Origin: Diplonema japonicum
Taxonomy: Eukaryota; Protista; Euglenozoa: Diplonemea
NCBI GenBank assembly: GCA_964019335.1
Contig: OZ025747.1
Span: forward strand, 186,001 to 250,000
Direction: 5' to 3'
Length of the DNA: 64,000 bases
The first letter of the stretch is position 1. Each line of letters opens with the position of its first letter. The translations under genes and the position numbers were made by a program. Positions 10,104-21,381 of this stretch are shown piece after piece. Under the pieces are notes generated by a model. It was not told the origin of the DNA, searched no databases, and saw nothing but the letters and a program-made list of their open reading frames with translations.

Positions 10104-11793
10104 AATGAAACAAACAATCCTGGAGACCCTGTCGATCCTAGACGACAGGGCAAGGAAGGAAAGCCACGGGTTTGACAGGGAAAGAACATGCGACGAGATG
10201 TGGAAGCGGTTCAGGATGTGGGACTGGGAGAAGAAGGGGAAAGGCCTGGGCGTGCAGGCCGAGAAATCTCTCTCGATTGGTGTCGGGGAGTACGGCCCCT
10301 CCGAGGACCCCGAAAGACGACAATTCCTCCTCATCCAAGCTTACGACGAGGAACAGAAAATCGGAGGTTACAACGGCCAAGCCGCACCCCCAGTCTGGGG
10401 CATTGCCTTAACCACAGACGAGGTCGCTACTGTTCAAGAAGGCATCATATCTGCAAACACCTCATTGGTAATCCACAAGGAACCCCGAGGCGAACCTGAC
10501 GAAGGCGAGGAAGACCCATGGTTTCTTGAAGCAAGCTGGATCCTCGCAAAACCCGAGGAGAAAAAAATCTGCGGGGTAAAACTGTCTATCAAAGTCCACC
10601 AGTACACCACACCATTATGCTTCGATGTCTTATTCAAAATGAGAGGCGGGCAGTTTCAACTGAAAGAAATCATCGAGACGCAAAAAAAACCTGTTATCGA
10701 AAACCCATCCGGTGTCAGCCTGCCGAAAACAATCAACACCGGCGACCACAGTGCTTGTACGGTCATCGCTCGGAACGTACCTGTTAGCACAAAAGGGAAT
10801 GATTTTTTTAAAAGTGAGGGGAGTTCGAAACTGGAGATCACAATGGAAGGCGACGGGAGCGTGTCTAACCACGGATCGTCAGGATGGGTTCAACAGTCCG
10901 TCACATCGCCCAAGATTAAAATTGTCAACCCGACAGAAACCGCAATCTGCGTCACCGACTTCTACATGGAGTACCAAGAGGGCGACGTTGGAAAAAAGTG
11001 GAGAAAATTCACAAACGACGGGAAATCCCGCGACACCATAATCGGAATATCCGCCCGCGACTGGTCCGGCAGAATATCCACCCGTAACAACCCAACCCTG
11101 GGAACCTTCACGGTCGACCCCCACGAATCGGTCGAAATCGTTTTAACAGGACGCCAGTACATGGAAGGCGTGGAACCTTACAAACAATATGAAGCAAAAT
11201 CGAGGCTTCACCATAATTTTCTTGGAGGAAGCGGGAATCGTTCTGGGATGATAGGATGCAGGGTTGGGTTCAAGGACGATCAGAAATCCAGCGCAACGCT
11301 TCAATTTGAAGTTTCCAACCCTCCTTTGTCACCCGGATACGTTACGTACGAAGACGCCTGTGCTGCAATGGTTAAGGAGTCTGATTCACGTGATGGTATG
11401 GGTGCTGATCATTCCTGTCTTCTCTTTGCCGCAGCTGACAATCCCGTCACATTCCAGAGAGCTTATATTATTCTTACCGTCCCCAAGGAGCACCCCGAGT
11501 ATTGGATTCTCACCTTATCTGATGACAATCGTAACATTGGACGTACTACCAGATATATTTACCCCTCAGCGCTTGAGGAACTTGCGTACAAGGCCCGGAA
11601 GGAGAGGGAGACTGAGGTCGAGTATGAGAAGGATTCAATGAGTACTTTGTTCGCTCTTGTCGATCACAAGGAAACGGGGAGTGTGGTGTATGGGTTCAAA
11701 GCCTCTATTAGAATCGCTTCTGGCGAGCCCGAAGAGGTGCTTGTGGAGAGGTCTATCGCCGCTATGATAGACTATAGTGTGATGAAGCAGTAG
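10099..11793 (+). CDS. Hypothetical 564-aa intronless protein
   Basis: Long ORF with A-tracts before the ATG and after the stop. No motif recognised. Confidence 0.85.
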
Positions 11794-11831
<38 letters not shown>

Positions 11832-11923
11832 CACCGCGCCCGTTTGCTGACACGCTTTCTCGTTATTTATTATTTTTCCCTTGGATCCTTAATGCTCCAT
11901 GGATGTGAAATCTCCAATTTAAT

Positions 11924-11974
<51 letters not shown>

Positions 11975-12151
11975 AAAACCCTCCCCCTCATTTGGGTGGA
12001 ATCTTTTTTCAAGCTTTCTTTACCTCTCCACTTTTACTTTCTACGGGACCACAGGGGACTTGGGAGGCTTCGGGGCGAAGTTTCACAAGGGTGGCCGCTT
12101 GTCACATACTGCATGGCACCACTAAAATCGAGACAACTTTTTTTTTTTTTT

Positions 12152-12376
12152 TGTTACAAATATTTATCTTTCAAAAAATGATTTTATAACTTTATGCAAC
12201 TTGTGCCGAGCAAAAAACTTTCGCAGCTTAAAAATCTTTTTTGCTCGTGCGAACAACAAAGACATATAGTCATAAAGAATTATTTTTTTTTCAACAATAT
12301 TATTGTCGAAACTGAAAACTAGTTCGATAACAGCGTAATGAGCTATATTATTAGGCCCACTCATGCGCACAAACAA
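12152..12376 (+). repeat. Repeat family R1, intact copy (multi-hairpin)
   Basis: Contiguous version of 148-300 plus 2221-2313. A degenerate copy is at 8412-8427 plus 9226-9300. Confidence 0.9.
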
Positions 12377-12509
12377 ATGAACGGGTTCCCCCCCACCCCT
12401 TTCTTTTTTTTTAAAGGGGCAACAACGAGACCTTCAGGCCGGGTCTAGGTTAAAGAAGATATCTTTTTTTTTTTCTTTTTTTATATCCTCTCTTTTCTCT
12501 CTTGCAAAC

Positions 12510-12542
<33 letters not shown>

Positions 12543-12694
12543 AGAGGCGGCACAGGGACCCCCCTCCCCCTCCCATTCTGCCCTCCTTTTTTTTTTTCTT
12601 CTTTTTTTTTAAAGCAAAACAAAACAAAAAAAAAAGACAAAGGGGGGCGAGATCGGTGGGGAGAAGGGGCAAAAAAAAAAAAAAAAAAAAAGAA

Positions 12695-14062
12695 ATGCCG
12701 ACCTTCAGCCAGCTCAAGAAGGGCAACCGCATCGACAACGTAGCCAGGCCGGGGGTAGACCCGTTCTTACACGTATTCTACTCCCCCGGTGCCCTGGGCT
12801 TATTATGGATGATGGTGGTACTGGACGCCTATCTTCTAGTGGCGGGAGGCTACCTTTCAAACGAGGGCGGCAACAACGACAAACTAGACAGGATAAAAAT
12901 CACATCTTTAGTATTCCTGTACATCACGTTCACCGTGGACCTCATCATACTGGCCATGACAAAATGTGAGGCCTATACAACAGGACTCGTTCTAATAATC
13001 TTGGGCGACTTCACAACGGCCGTCCTCGCCACGGCTGTCGATTCAGATGATTACACCGGGAACTACGCCGTTGTAGTCCTGTTCATCAGGATAACAAGGG
13101 TACTCGCCTCAAGTGGTTACGTTCAGTACAATTTTTTCTCGCTTCTGTGGATTGATGAAGAATGGCATCCTGGCGCAGGACCCACTAACCCATTGGAACA
13201 ACCATTACTCGCCCCCGTGTGGTCCCGCGAGCAAGACAATAAACTACGAGAATTAAGCACCAAACGGGAAAAACAAGGTCTAACTCACACTGAAGAAGAT
13301 GAAATGGAAGGCCTTGCTGTCGGGTTCGAAGCGTTCAATGAAGCTGGGATGTCGAAGATCAATGCTTCTCCTCCCAGCAGCCCCAAGGCAATGACAGACA
13401 GTCCAAAAGCAAAACCGACGTTTGAAAATCCAGAACCCCCTTCGCCTCCCCCGTTTGATTCCGTACCAGCGATGGTTTCGGTTATTTCGTGTAAAGGATG
13501 TGGGAGAGGGTTGAAACTGACTCAAGGGTCGCCGGGCAGTGTTTTGTGTCCTGTATGCCAGACAGCATCGCCTGTGTCACGGCCAGCTTCGTCACCGTCG
13601 ATTAGACCTCCTATTGGTTATCCTGAGGATCCGCCATCCCCTCCGCCTTATCAAGCTGCTGGGGAAGGGTCTCCTCCGGGATTGCCAGCATGGGATGCAC
13701 AAAGTGCTTTAAGGCAGAGTGTTGAGTCTCCGTTAAGCGTTTTCAAATGTAAAGGTTGTTCTGCCCCGTTGTTGATTAGAGGGGACAGCGAGTCTCCTTC
13801 GTCGTTCAGAAATTTTAAGTGTCACAGCTGTCTTGCGGTGACATCTGTCAGGTCTTCTGCGTCACCTAGCCGTATGTCGGGTCCTGAATCTTTCGTGAAC
13901 ATGCCTTCTATGGCGATGGCTGGTGAATGGTATGAACCTCCATCCCGAGCGGTTCCTGTTGACGCGCAGTTTAGAACACAGCTTGGGAATAAACTCCAAG
14001 AAGCTGAATCCCTTGCCTCGCAGTCTGGTAAGAGGGAACCTCAGCATCTGTCGTGGGAGTGA
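12695..14062 (+). CDS. Membrane protein (about 4 TM) with Pro/Ser-rich tail and two CxxC..CxxC zinc ribbons
   Basis: Hydrophobic segments in the N-terminal third; CKGC..CPVC and CKGC..CHSC motifs. Confidence 0.8.
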   Translation: MPTFSQLKKGNRIDNVARPGVDPFLHVFYSPGALGLLWMMVVLDAYLLVAGGYLSNEGGNNDKLDRIKITSLVFLYITFTVDLIILAMTKCEAYTTGLVLIILGDFTTAVLATAVDSDDYTGNYAVVVLFIRITRVLASSGYVQYNFFSLLWIDEEWHPGAGPTNPLEQPLLAPVWSREQDNKLRELSTKREKQGLTHTEEDEMEGLAVGFEAFNEAGMSKINASPPSSPKAMTDSPKAKPTFENPEPPSPPPFDSVPAMVSVISCKGCGRGLKLTQGSPGSVLCPVCQTASPVSRPASSPSIRPPIGYPEDPPSPPPYQAAGEGSPPGLPAWDAQSALRQSVESPLSVFKCKGCSAPLLIRGDSESPSSFRNFKCHSCLAVTSVRSSASPSRMSGPESFVNMPSMAMAGEWYEPPSRAVPVDAQFRTQLGNKLQEAESLASQSGKREPQHLSWE

Positions 14063-14440
14063 ATTGGGGGGGGAGGGGACTTAGATGTAAACTAATTTTT
14101 TTTTTTTTTTTGTGTAGACTTTCTCTCGGTTGTTATTTGTCAAAAAAAAAATTTTTTTTTTTCCTCACTTTTTTTTTTTTTTTTTTTTTTTTCGAATTTT
14201 TACCCCTTCCCACATTTTTTTTTCTTTTTTTTTTTTTTTTTTTTCCGTTCTATAAAAAAAAAAAAAAAAAGAAAAGAATAAAGTAGGTGGACGCGGGGAA
14301 AAAAAAAAAAAAAAAAAAAAAAAAAATGAGAGAAAAAAAAAATGTAATTTCCCCCCCCCCCCTTCATAATATCCCCCCCATACTTTTTTTTGACCATTCC
14401 TCCAAAAAAGAAATATCAAAAGGCAAAAAAAAAAAAAAAA

Positions 14441-15289
14441 ATGGAATATGTGATGATGATAGGTGTGGCGTTGCAGGTCGGTCTGCAACCGGTTGTTTCA
14501 AGGGTGTGCGGGAAAGGTGTGAACAAACGGGCGATGGTCCTCACCGAAAATATCATGAAGATGGGAATGTGCTGGAGCCTAACAGAAATGGACATCCGGC
14601 GACTGGACGTGAAAACAAGCGCGCATCTAGCCGCCCTACCAGCGATAGTCTACGCAGTAGGGGGCGTTTTAAAACTAACAGGGTACGAGAATACCGACGG
14701 CATCACATTTAATTCGATAAATCAGACCAAGATTATATTCTCCGCTATCCTCTCTTACCTGCTTCTAGGCAAGATTCAGACTCTCAAAAAATGTTGTGGT
14801 TTGCTCTGCGCCTTACTCGCTGCTATAATCGTCTCCACCCCCAAAAACGACGAAAAACCTGACGGGGAAAAAAAAAAAAAATCTGTTTTTTGGTCCGGTA
14901 TCGTCCCTTGCTTCACCGCTGCTATTCTTTCGGGTCTTGGGTCTATTCTATGCCAGCATGCCTTGCAAGCGCAAAATCGTGAATCGTATCTATTCACATT
15001 TGAACTCTCCTTCTGGAGTACCGTCTTTCTCCTCCCCACCCTGTCAAGATCCGCCTTCTCTACCTTTGTGTCGCCTGTTCAGCTCCTGCCACCGTTTCTT
15101 CAAGCGCTTGGCGGAATCCTTGTTGGTCTTGTTATCAAGCATCTGGGGGGTGTTGCCTATGGTTTTTGTACTGTGGCGGGAATCGTGATCTCGGGCATCG
15201 CGGACGCTGTGGCCTTGAATGGTGTCCCTGAGCTTCGATTGCTGGTGTGTGTTCCTTTGGTTATCGGTTCGGTTGTTCTTTACATTTGA
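14441..15289 (+). CDS. Nucleotide-sugar transporter (SLC35A-like)
   Basis: Multi-TM protein with family motifs LPAIVYA, NQTKIIFSAILSYLLLG, LSGLGS and GGILVGLVIKH. Confidence 0.88.
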   Translation: MEYVMMIGVALQVGLQPVVSRVCGKGVNKRAMVLTENIMKMGMCWSLTEMDIRRLDVKTSAHLAALPAIVYAVGGVLKLTGYENTDGITFNSINQTKIIFSAILSYLLLGKIQTLKKCCGLLCALLAAIIVSTPKNDEKPDGEKKKKSVFWSGIVPCFTAAILSGLGSILCQHALQAQNRESYLFTFELSFWSTVFLLPTLSRSAFSTFVSPVQLLPPFLQALGGILVGLVIKHLGGVAYGFCTVAGIVISGIADAVALNGVPELRLLVCVPLVIGSVVLYI

Positions 15290-15400
15290 AATATAAAAAA
15301 AAAAAAAAGAAAAGTGTGTGTGTGTAAAAGTTCTTTATTGATATTACTAATATTGCCAAGGGAAGAAGAAGAAGAAGAGGAAGAAGAAAAAAAAAAAAAA

Positions 15401-15673
15401 ATGCTGCAGCGGAATCCAGTCCGAGTGATGTTTAAAAAAACCAACCTTTTCGGGTCGAAGGAGGAGAAAGGGGCTTCCAGCACGCGGTCCGTCTCCAACG
15501 GGGTCGCTGGTGTGTTCGGTGTGTTTATCATCCTGTCCACTTTGTTCAGCCTCCGGCCTGAGGTCAGCTCCGACAACCACTTCGACGGTGGCACCAATAA
15601 AAATTTAGGCAAGGGAAATTACATGATCTTAAATGAGGGTAAGATACCAGAGGAGACCCCGAAACGGCAATAA
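15401..15673 (+). CDS. Small single-pass membrane protein (90 aa)
   Basis: ATG after an A-tract, one hydrophobic segment and coding-like composition. Confidence 0.6.
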   Translation: MLQRNPVRVMFKKTNLFGSKEEKGASSTRSVSNGVAGVFGVFIILSTLFSLRPEVSSDNHFDGGTNKNLGKGNYMILNEGKIPEETPKRQ

Positions 15674-15790
15674 GGCCTGAAGGTCTTTCATTTTTTTTTT
15701 TTTTCTTTCTTTCTTACATTATCCCCCTCAGAAAAAACACAAATTTTTGATAGAATGGGAAACAAAAAAAAGTTTAATACATAAACGAAT

Positions 15791-17330
15791 ATGAAGGAAA
15801 ATAAAGAAATCTCCCTCCATCGCATCAGCCTGCTTTTAATAGCACAGCTAGGCCTAGTCGGCCTGACAGTAAGCGAGGAGACCACCGAGGAAGCCCCCGC
15901 CGACGACACCACACCAGTGGAAGTCTGCAAATGCCTTCAAAAATGGGAATGGGACTCCACCGTCCACTACGGCTGCACAACCACCAAAGAAGGCGAGTCA
16001 TGGTGCAGAGTAGAAAGCACCTGCGGCGCACAGGCAGGGTCCGACCGTGGCGGGCCTTGGATATCGTGCGAAGACAACTCAAGCTGCCACTGCGAGGCCA
16101 CATGGATGTATAAAGACACTACTTACCAAGGCTGCGGTGCCCCTGAACAAAGCAGCAGCTTGGTGTGGTGTTACGTTGACCCGGACTGCAAAAACAACCC
16201 TTCCGCCTTGCCTCCCATTGGCGACAAAACCCGAGAATGGAAAATCTGCGGCGAAACACCCCAAACCGAACCCCCTCCACAAGAATGCCCGTGCCTCCCA
16301 CGATGGGCCAACAACGGGACAATCCACTACGGCTGTACAACCACCAAAGAAGGTGAATCATGGTGCAGGGTAGACAACACTTGTTCAACACCAACAGGAA
16401 CAGACAGAGGAGGGCCTTGGGTATCGTGTAAAAACACTTCAAGCTGTCATTGTGAAACAGCATGGTCCTATCGTGGAATGGAGTACCAAGGCTGCGGTGT
16501 GTTGGAACAGAACAGCAACTTGATGTGGTGTTACGTTGACTCAGAATGCAAGAACACCCCCGCAGCACTGCCCCCCATGGGGGAAAAAACCAAGGAGTGG
16601 AAGGTCTGCGGTGAATCCACCCCGAAACAATGTGAATGTATGGAAAAATGGGAGTCAGGCGGTGTGCTGCACTACGGGTGTTCAATGACAAAGGAGTACC
16701 CTGGTCATTGGTGCAGAGTCGAAGAAGGCTGCAACGGTTCAAAGAGTACTAGCAGGGGCGGGAAATGGATGTCTTGTTCAGATGGTGGAAACTGTCTTTG
16801 TCAAAGTTCGTGGGATTACCGAAATAAAACATACAGTGGGTGTGCGGTTACAGATCAGACGGACGAATTAGCCTGGTGTTACACTCAAACGCCTTGTAAC
16901 AATGCGCTGCCTTCTAATTCCTTAAAAACGGGTCCTTGGAAGGTTTGTGGTGAGAATGTTAACCAAACACGGCCGTCGCCGCCTGAGCCTTCTTCTTCTT
17001 CTTCTTCTTCGATGCCTGTTGGGTACGTTGTCCTACTGGTTTTGACAGGGATTGTTGGTGTGATGGGAATCATGATGTGCATTGTAAGGAGGAGGACCGT
17101 GCACCAGGAACGGCACAACATCAACTCGTTTCCCGTTGCTGGGATCGACGAGAGCTTGATGGTTGACGGGTTTACGGACGCTGAGGAACTGGTATGGGAA
17201 AAGAAAAAAAAAAAAAAAAAATCAATAATATATTTATATATAGAGCGAGATACGGTACGATTTCGAGGGTGATGCTTCGCTTGCGCCTTATGACTGCAAT
17301 GAGGATGCAGATTTGAGCAAGATTGTATGA
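15791..17330 (+). CDS. Type I membrane protein with six fibronectin-II/kringle-like Cys-Trp modules; intron 17192-17243
   Basis: Signal-like N-terminus, repeats CxC..W...Y.GC....WC.V...C...W..C, and a TM (VVLLVLTGIVGVMGIMMCIV-RRR). The spliced tail ends at TGA 17330. Confidence 0.85.
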
Positions 17331-17341
17331 GAATGGAGGGG

Positions 17342-17379
<38 letters not shown>

Positions 17380-17435
17380 CACAGACTTGGCTTCGTACCT
17401 TTTCTCAATCCGTGCAGAAATCTGTGAAAATTTAA

Positions 17436-19076
17436 CCCTTAAACACCCAACTGCTTCTGTAGAAGCAGTTAATAGGTGTAATTGTTCTGTGGTCATCTAG
17501 ACCAAAGCCTCGGATCGGTTTTCATAAAAAAAAAGATGGAATGGAAAGATATTGAAAATCTGTAATAATGCGCTATTTGTATCCATCTGAAACCTCATAA
17601 CTTCATCCCGGAACGGGGTGCCGAGACACTGGGTGACACCAAAAATGGGCATTTTCCGGATTTTCATGATTTTTCCATGATTTTTTCCCTCCTTTTTTTT
17701 TTTTTTCCGAGTCACTAGGCCGTATCAAAATCAACATGCCAGCACACAACGGGAGCAGTTCCCGTCGACCTGCAATGTTCATAAGGGTTAAATCCACCTC
17801 TCTACCTCAATCCTCGTTTCTTTTTTATTTACCAGGACCGCGATGACGATGTAGTTATGGGTCCGGTTGGGTCCTACGAAACAGGTGGCCCACCTTTCTG
17901 GAGAACGGATGGTTTTTTTGATGCACTCGTTCTTCGTCGCGTCCCAGTGGCCTCCCGCAGTCCGGCGGTTCAGAGGCTGGCAACGGTCCTGCGAGCAGAC
18001 GCTGCTGCAGCGTTCCACGAGCAGCAATCGCAAGCCTTGCAGTCTGCCTGTGTCCTCGCCGCCGTGCACTTCTTCTCCGCGTACATCACCCGTCCATCCA
18101 CAGTCGCTGCTCGCCGCGGAGCTCCCTGGGTCGGGTACCGCGTGTCGACACCGAGTTCTCGCGGTCCCAGGCGCAGTTCGCGTCGCTCTTGCACGCCGCC
18201 GCGTCCGTCGTCACCGTGCACGTTGCGACCGGCTTGCACACGGGCCCACCGCCGTGTCCCTCTGGGCAGTCTGCATTCGGCGCCTTCAACCACTTCTCCC
18301 GCACGAAGAGCGCTCCACAGGGCTTCGGGTCGCATTTGGTCCCGTCCCACTTGCACAGGAGGTTCGGGTCGCTCGTGCAGGCCCTCTGGTCGATCGTCCC
18401 CATCGTCGTCGGGTTCGGTCCCAGCCCGGGGTACTCGTGGTGTGCTTCGTGGTCACACGGGAAACGGATGGCCCTGGTGTGGAAACCAGCACTGGTGTGA
18501 CGTTTGTCCTGAAATTGTGACCGTCGTGACGCCAGAGCAGCTGGAAAAAGGAAGAGAGTGCTCACTCCAACCTCTGGGATGACCCCCCCCGGGTAGCGGA
18601 AGTCCAGAAATGCTCAGCACGATGCGGAAGGTCAGCCTTCCCGGTCAACGCCAAACCGAGGGGCATACCTCTGGCACCTTGGACAGCTACGGCACGAGGT
18701 CTCTTCTCCTCGAACCAAATTGCCTCCCTGCCTTGCACAACTCCATGTAAATGTTTCTCGCCCAGATGCCGTCCATCTCATTGCGACAAACAGTCACCGC
18801 AGGCACTAGAACACCCCCATGCACACTGAGATTTTAGCGAGTTTCGCATGCATGATTTCCAGGAAAAGCAAATGAACTCATGGCATCCGGTCGATGCACC
18901 TCCAGGGTCGAAAACACTAAATATTTAGTGGAATGAACGCAAATCTTTCAAATCTTTCAAATGCGTACCTCGAATCAAAAAATAACCTCAAGACTCAGCA
19001 TGTTTGACCCAATGCCAACAAAGACCCAAAATCGAAAAATTTCGAAAATCAATTACCCCCCCTGGGCGTCTAAGGG
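17436..19076. mobile_element. Non-autonomous piggyBac-type element with cargo
   Basis: TTAA at 17432-35 and 19077-80. TIRs are CCCTTAAACACCCA and TGGGCGTCTAAGGG (12/14 match). No transposase recognised. Confidence 0.85.
17788..18565 (-). pseudogene. Frameshifted fragment of a Cys-rich repeat (C..C.W....C) surface-type protein inside the piggyBac-type element
   Basis: Repeat pieces are spread over three frames (CTSDPNLLCKWDGTKCDPKPC; CKSDANCAWD; CKACDCCSWN; HWDATKNECIKK). The region is GC-rich and antisense to the gene array. Confidence 0.7.
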
Positions 19077-19485
19077 TTAAAAAAAAAATGAACCGAAAAA
19101 AAAAAATTTGTTTTTTGATCCTCCCCCCTTTCCCAAAGCTCCCTGTACGAAATTCCTGCAGTGCGCAATGAATGGGAATGTGGAGCGGGCAAAATAATGG
19201 AAAAAAAAAAAAGAAGAAAAAAAAAAGAAAAAGAGTCCGAACGCAACGTGGGATGCGATTCCCTAAATAGAACAACAAAAAAAAAACCATCTTTCTTTTT
19301 TTTTTTTCATTCTGTCTTCCCTTCTGTTACTTCGTATCCTTCCTTACCCGTATTACCTGTAAAAACAGGGTTTTTTTCTACGGGTAAATGTTTCCCCTCC
19401 TCCCCCCATCCCCCGTTGTTTTTTTTTTCGCACAGAAAACCACAAGCTCAGAGGGCGGGGGTAAAAAAAAAAAAAAAAAAAAAAG

Positions 19486-20526
19486 ATGATCAGACAACAA
19501 ATCGCCGCCCTCGCCGCCAAAAAAACGAAAACAGGCGCATACTTAAGGTTGATCAGAGCGGACAAACCAATAGGATCATGGTTGTTATTACTGCCGTGCT
19601 GGTGGGGGCAAGGAATGGGGTGGGTGTTGAAGGGAGGCGCTGCCCCACTAGACGTAATGGGCGCCTTCACCATCGGTGCCTTCTGCATGCGCAGCGCCGG
19701 GTGCATCATAAACGACATGTGGGACCGGGACTTCGACAAAAAAGTCGAACGTACAAAAAACCGACCCATCGCAGCCGGCGATATTTCTGTTAAAACCGCA
19801 TTTGGATACCTCACAGCACACATGACCGCTGGGTTGGGAATCCTACTCACTCTTCACCCGCATTCCGTTTTGGTGGGTGCCATGTCTGTTCCCCTGATTG
19901 TAGTCTACCCATTATGCAAGAGAATCACATATTTACCACAATTATTTTTGGGATTGACGTTTAATTGGGGTGTTCTTGTAGGTGTGTCCTCAGTGTGCCA
20001 CACTATTAATTGGTTTGTAATTGCACCGTTGTACGCATCTGGTATATTTTGGACGCTGCTTTATGACACTGTATATGCGCATCAAGACAAGAAGGACGAT
20101 GTGGCAGCGGGTGTGCGGTCATCAGCGCTTCTCATTGGTGACACAAAGGTGCCTCTCCACGTGTTTAACCTTGCTATGACGTTGCTGCTGTCGACGTCGG
20201 GGTACATGGCTGCGTTGAATCCTTTGTTTCATCCGTGGGTGGCTGCGTCTTCTGCTGCGCTTGCTGCATCTCTTCATGTCACAGACCTCTCTTCCCCTCA
20301 GCAGTGCGCGAGGTTTTTCAAGGCGAACAAGTGGTTCGGGCTGTCGATCGTTTTTGCGATCTTCGTGTGCGGGTATCTGCGAGAGGAGGAGGAAGAAAAA
20401 GAAGAGAGAAAACGAGAAGAAAGCGAGAACGGTTTCGGTGCAAACCTGCACCTCCGTGAGAACATACAGCTCATCAAAGATGTTTTGTCCGGGGAGAGGC
20501 AAATCGGGTGGGATCTAGTAAAATGA
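19486..20526 (+). CDS. COQ2: 4-hydroxybenzoate polyprenyltransferase
   Basis: UbiA motifs RADKPIGSWLL, MRSAGCIINDMWDRDFDKKVERTKNRP and YDTVYAHQDKKDD. Confidence 0.97.
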   Translation: MIRQQIAALAAKKTKTGAYLRLIRADKPIGSWLLLLPCWWGQGMGWVLKGGAAPLDVMGAFTIGAFCMRSAGCIINDMWDRDFDKKVERTKNRPIAAGDISVKTAFGYLTAHMTAGLGILLTLHPHSVLVGAMSVPLIVVYPLCKRITYLPQLFLGLTFNWGVLVGVSSVCHTINWFVIAPLYASGIFWTLLYDTVYAHQDKKDDVAAGVRSSALLIGDTKVPLHVFNLAMTLLLSTSGYMAALNPLFHPWVAASSAALAASLHVTDLSSPQQCARFFKANKWFGLSIVFAIFVCGYLREEEEEKEERKREESENGFGANLHLRENIQLIKDVLSGERQIGWDLVK

Positions 20527-20550
20527 TGGGTTTTTTTTTTTTTTTTTTTT

Positions 20551-21310
20551 TATTTCACTCTTCAGAAATTACTTCACGCACTGGGGGGCCCATTACTTCA
20601 CGCTAAATCCCATTGCTTCACGCTAAATCTCATTACTTCACGGTGAAATAATGGCCTGTTTTCCGTGAAGTAATAGGGGGTTTCCGTTAAATAATATGCC
20701 TCGGTAGGCCAATTTTTGCCTCGGTTCGGTTCCCAGTGGGGCTACTTTTTCCTCTCAGTTTGCTATTTCCCCCCAGGTTCAGCTCAATTGGCCAACTTTT
20801 GCCTCGGCTCAGTTCCAAGTTGGACTACTTTTTCCTCCCAATTTGCCCACTTTTGGCTAGGCCTTGTTCCCAGTTTCTGGGGGTAACTCTTCTGTGGGTA
20901 AGGGTAACTTAGTCAGCTTACCCAAGCTCCCCAAGTGACTTCAAAATACCGAAGCAGCAGAAAAAAAGGAGCCAGCGGCCGCGCCAGGTATGGGAAGGCC
21001 TGATTAGAGATGGTGACAGTGGCAATGCCAGCGACAGCGGCAGCTCTTAGTCAACAAAAGGAGGGAAAACAACTTGTATTGTAACCTTTGTAACCCCTCT
21101 CTTGGTGTACCCCTTGTCACCCTGTTGTGCCCCTCGTGGTGAAGTAATTTCAGAGTGTCGTGAAATAAAACCACTTACCTACCGCCAAGTAATGCTTTAC
21201 CGACCTCTCGGTTCCGCATTTTACCATCTCGGGCCCTGCGGGCCCTCGACGGTAAAATGCGGAACCTCGAGGTAACGGTAAAGTCATTACTTGTTGGCAG
21301 TAAATAGCTA
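20551..21310. mobile_element. Hairpin-terminated non-autonomous element (Helentron/HINE-like), copy A
   Basis: Near-identical inverted copy at 59317-60043. Sub-terminal inverted repeats at 20551-20577 and 21139-21167; long hairpin at 21180-21302. Confidence 0.9.
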
Positions 21311-21381
21311 TTTTTTATTCCCCAGAAAAAAAAAAAGTGGGAAAAAAAAAAAAAAGGAAAAAAAAAAAAAAAAAAAACCAA

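Noticed and set aside
20567-20700. Short repeats resembling a CRISPR array
   Set aside because: These are tandem 20-nt units without unique spacers, inside a mobile element, with no cas genes.
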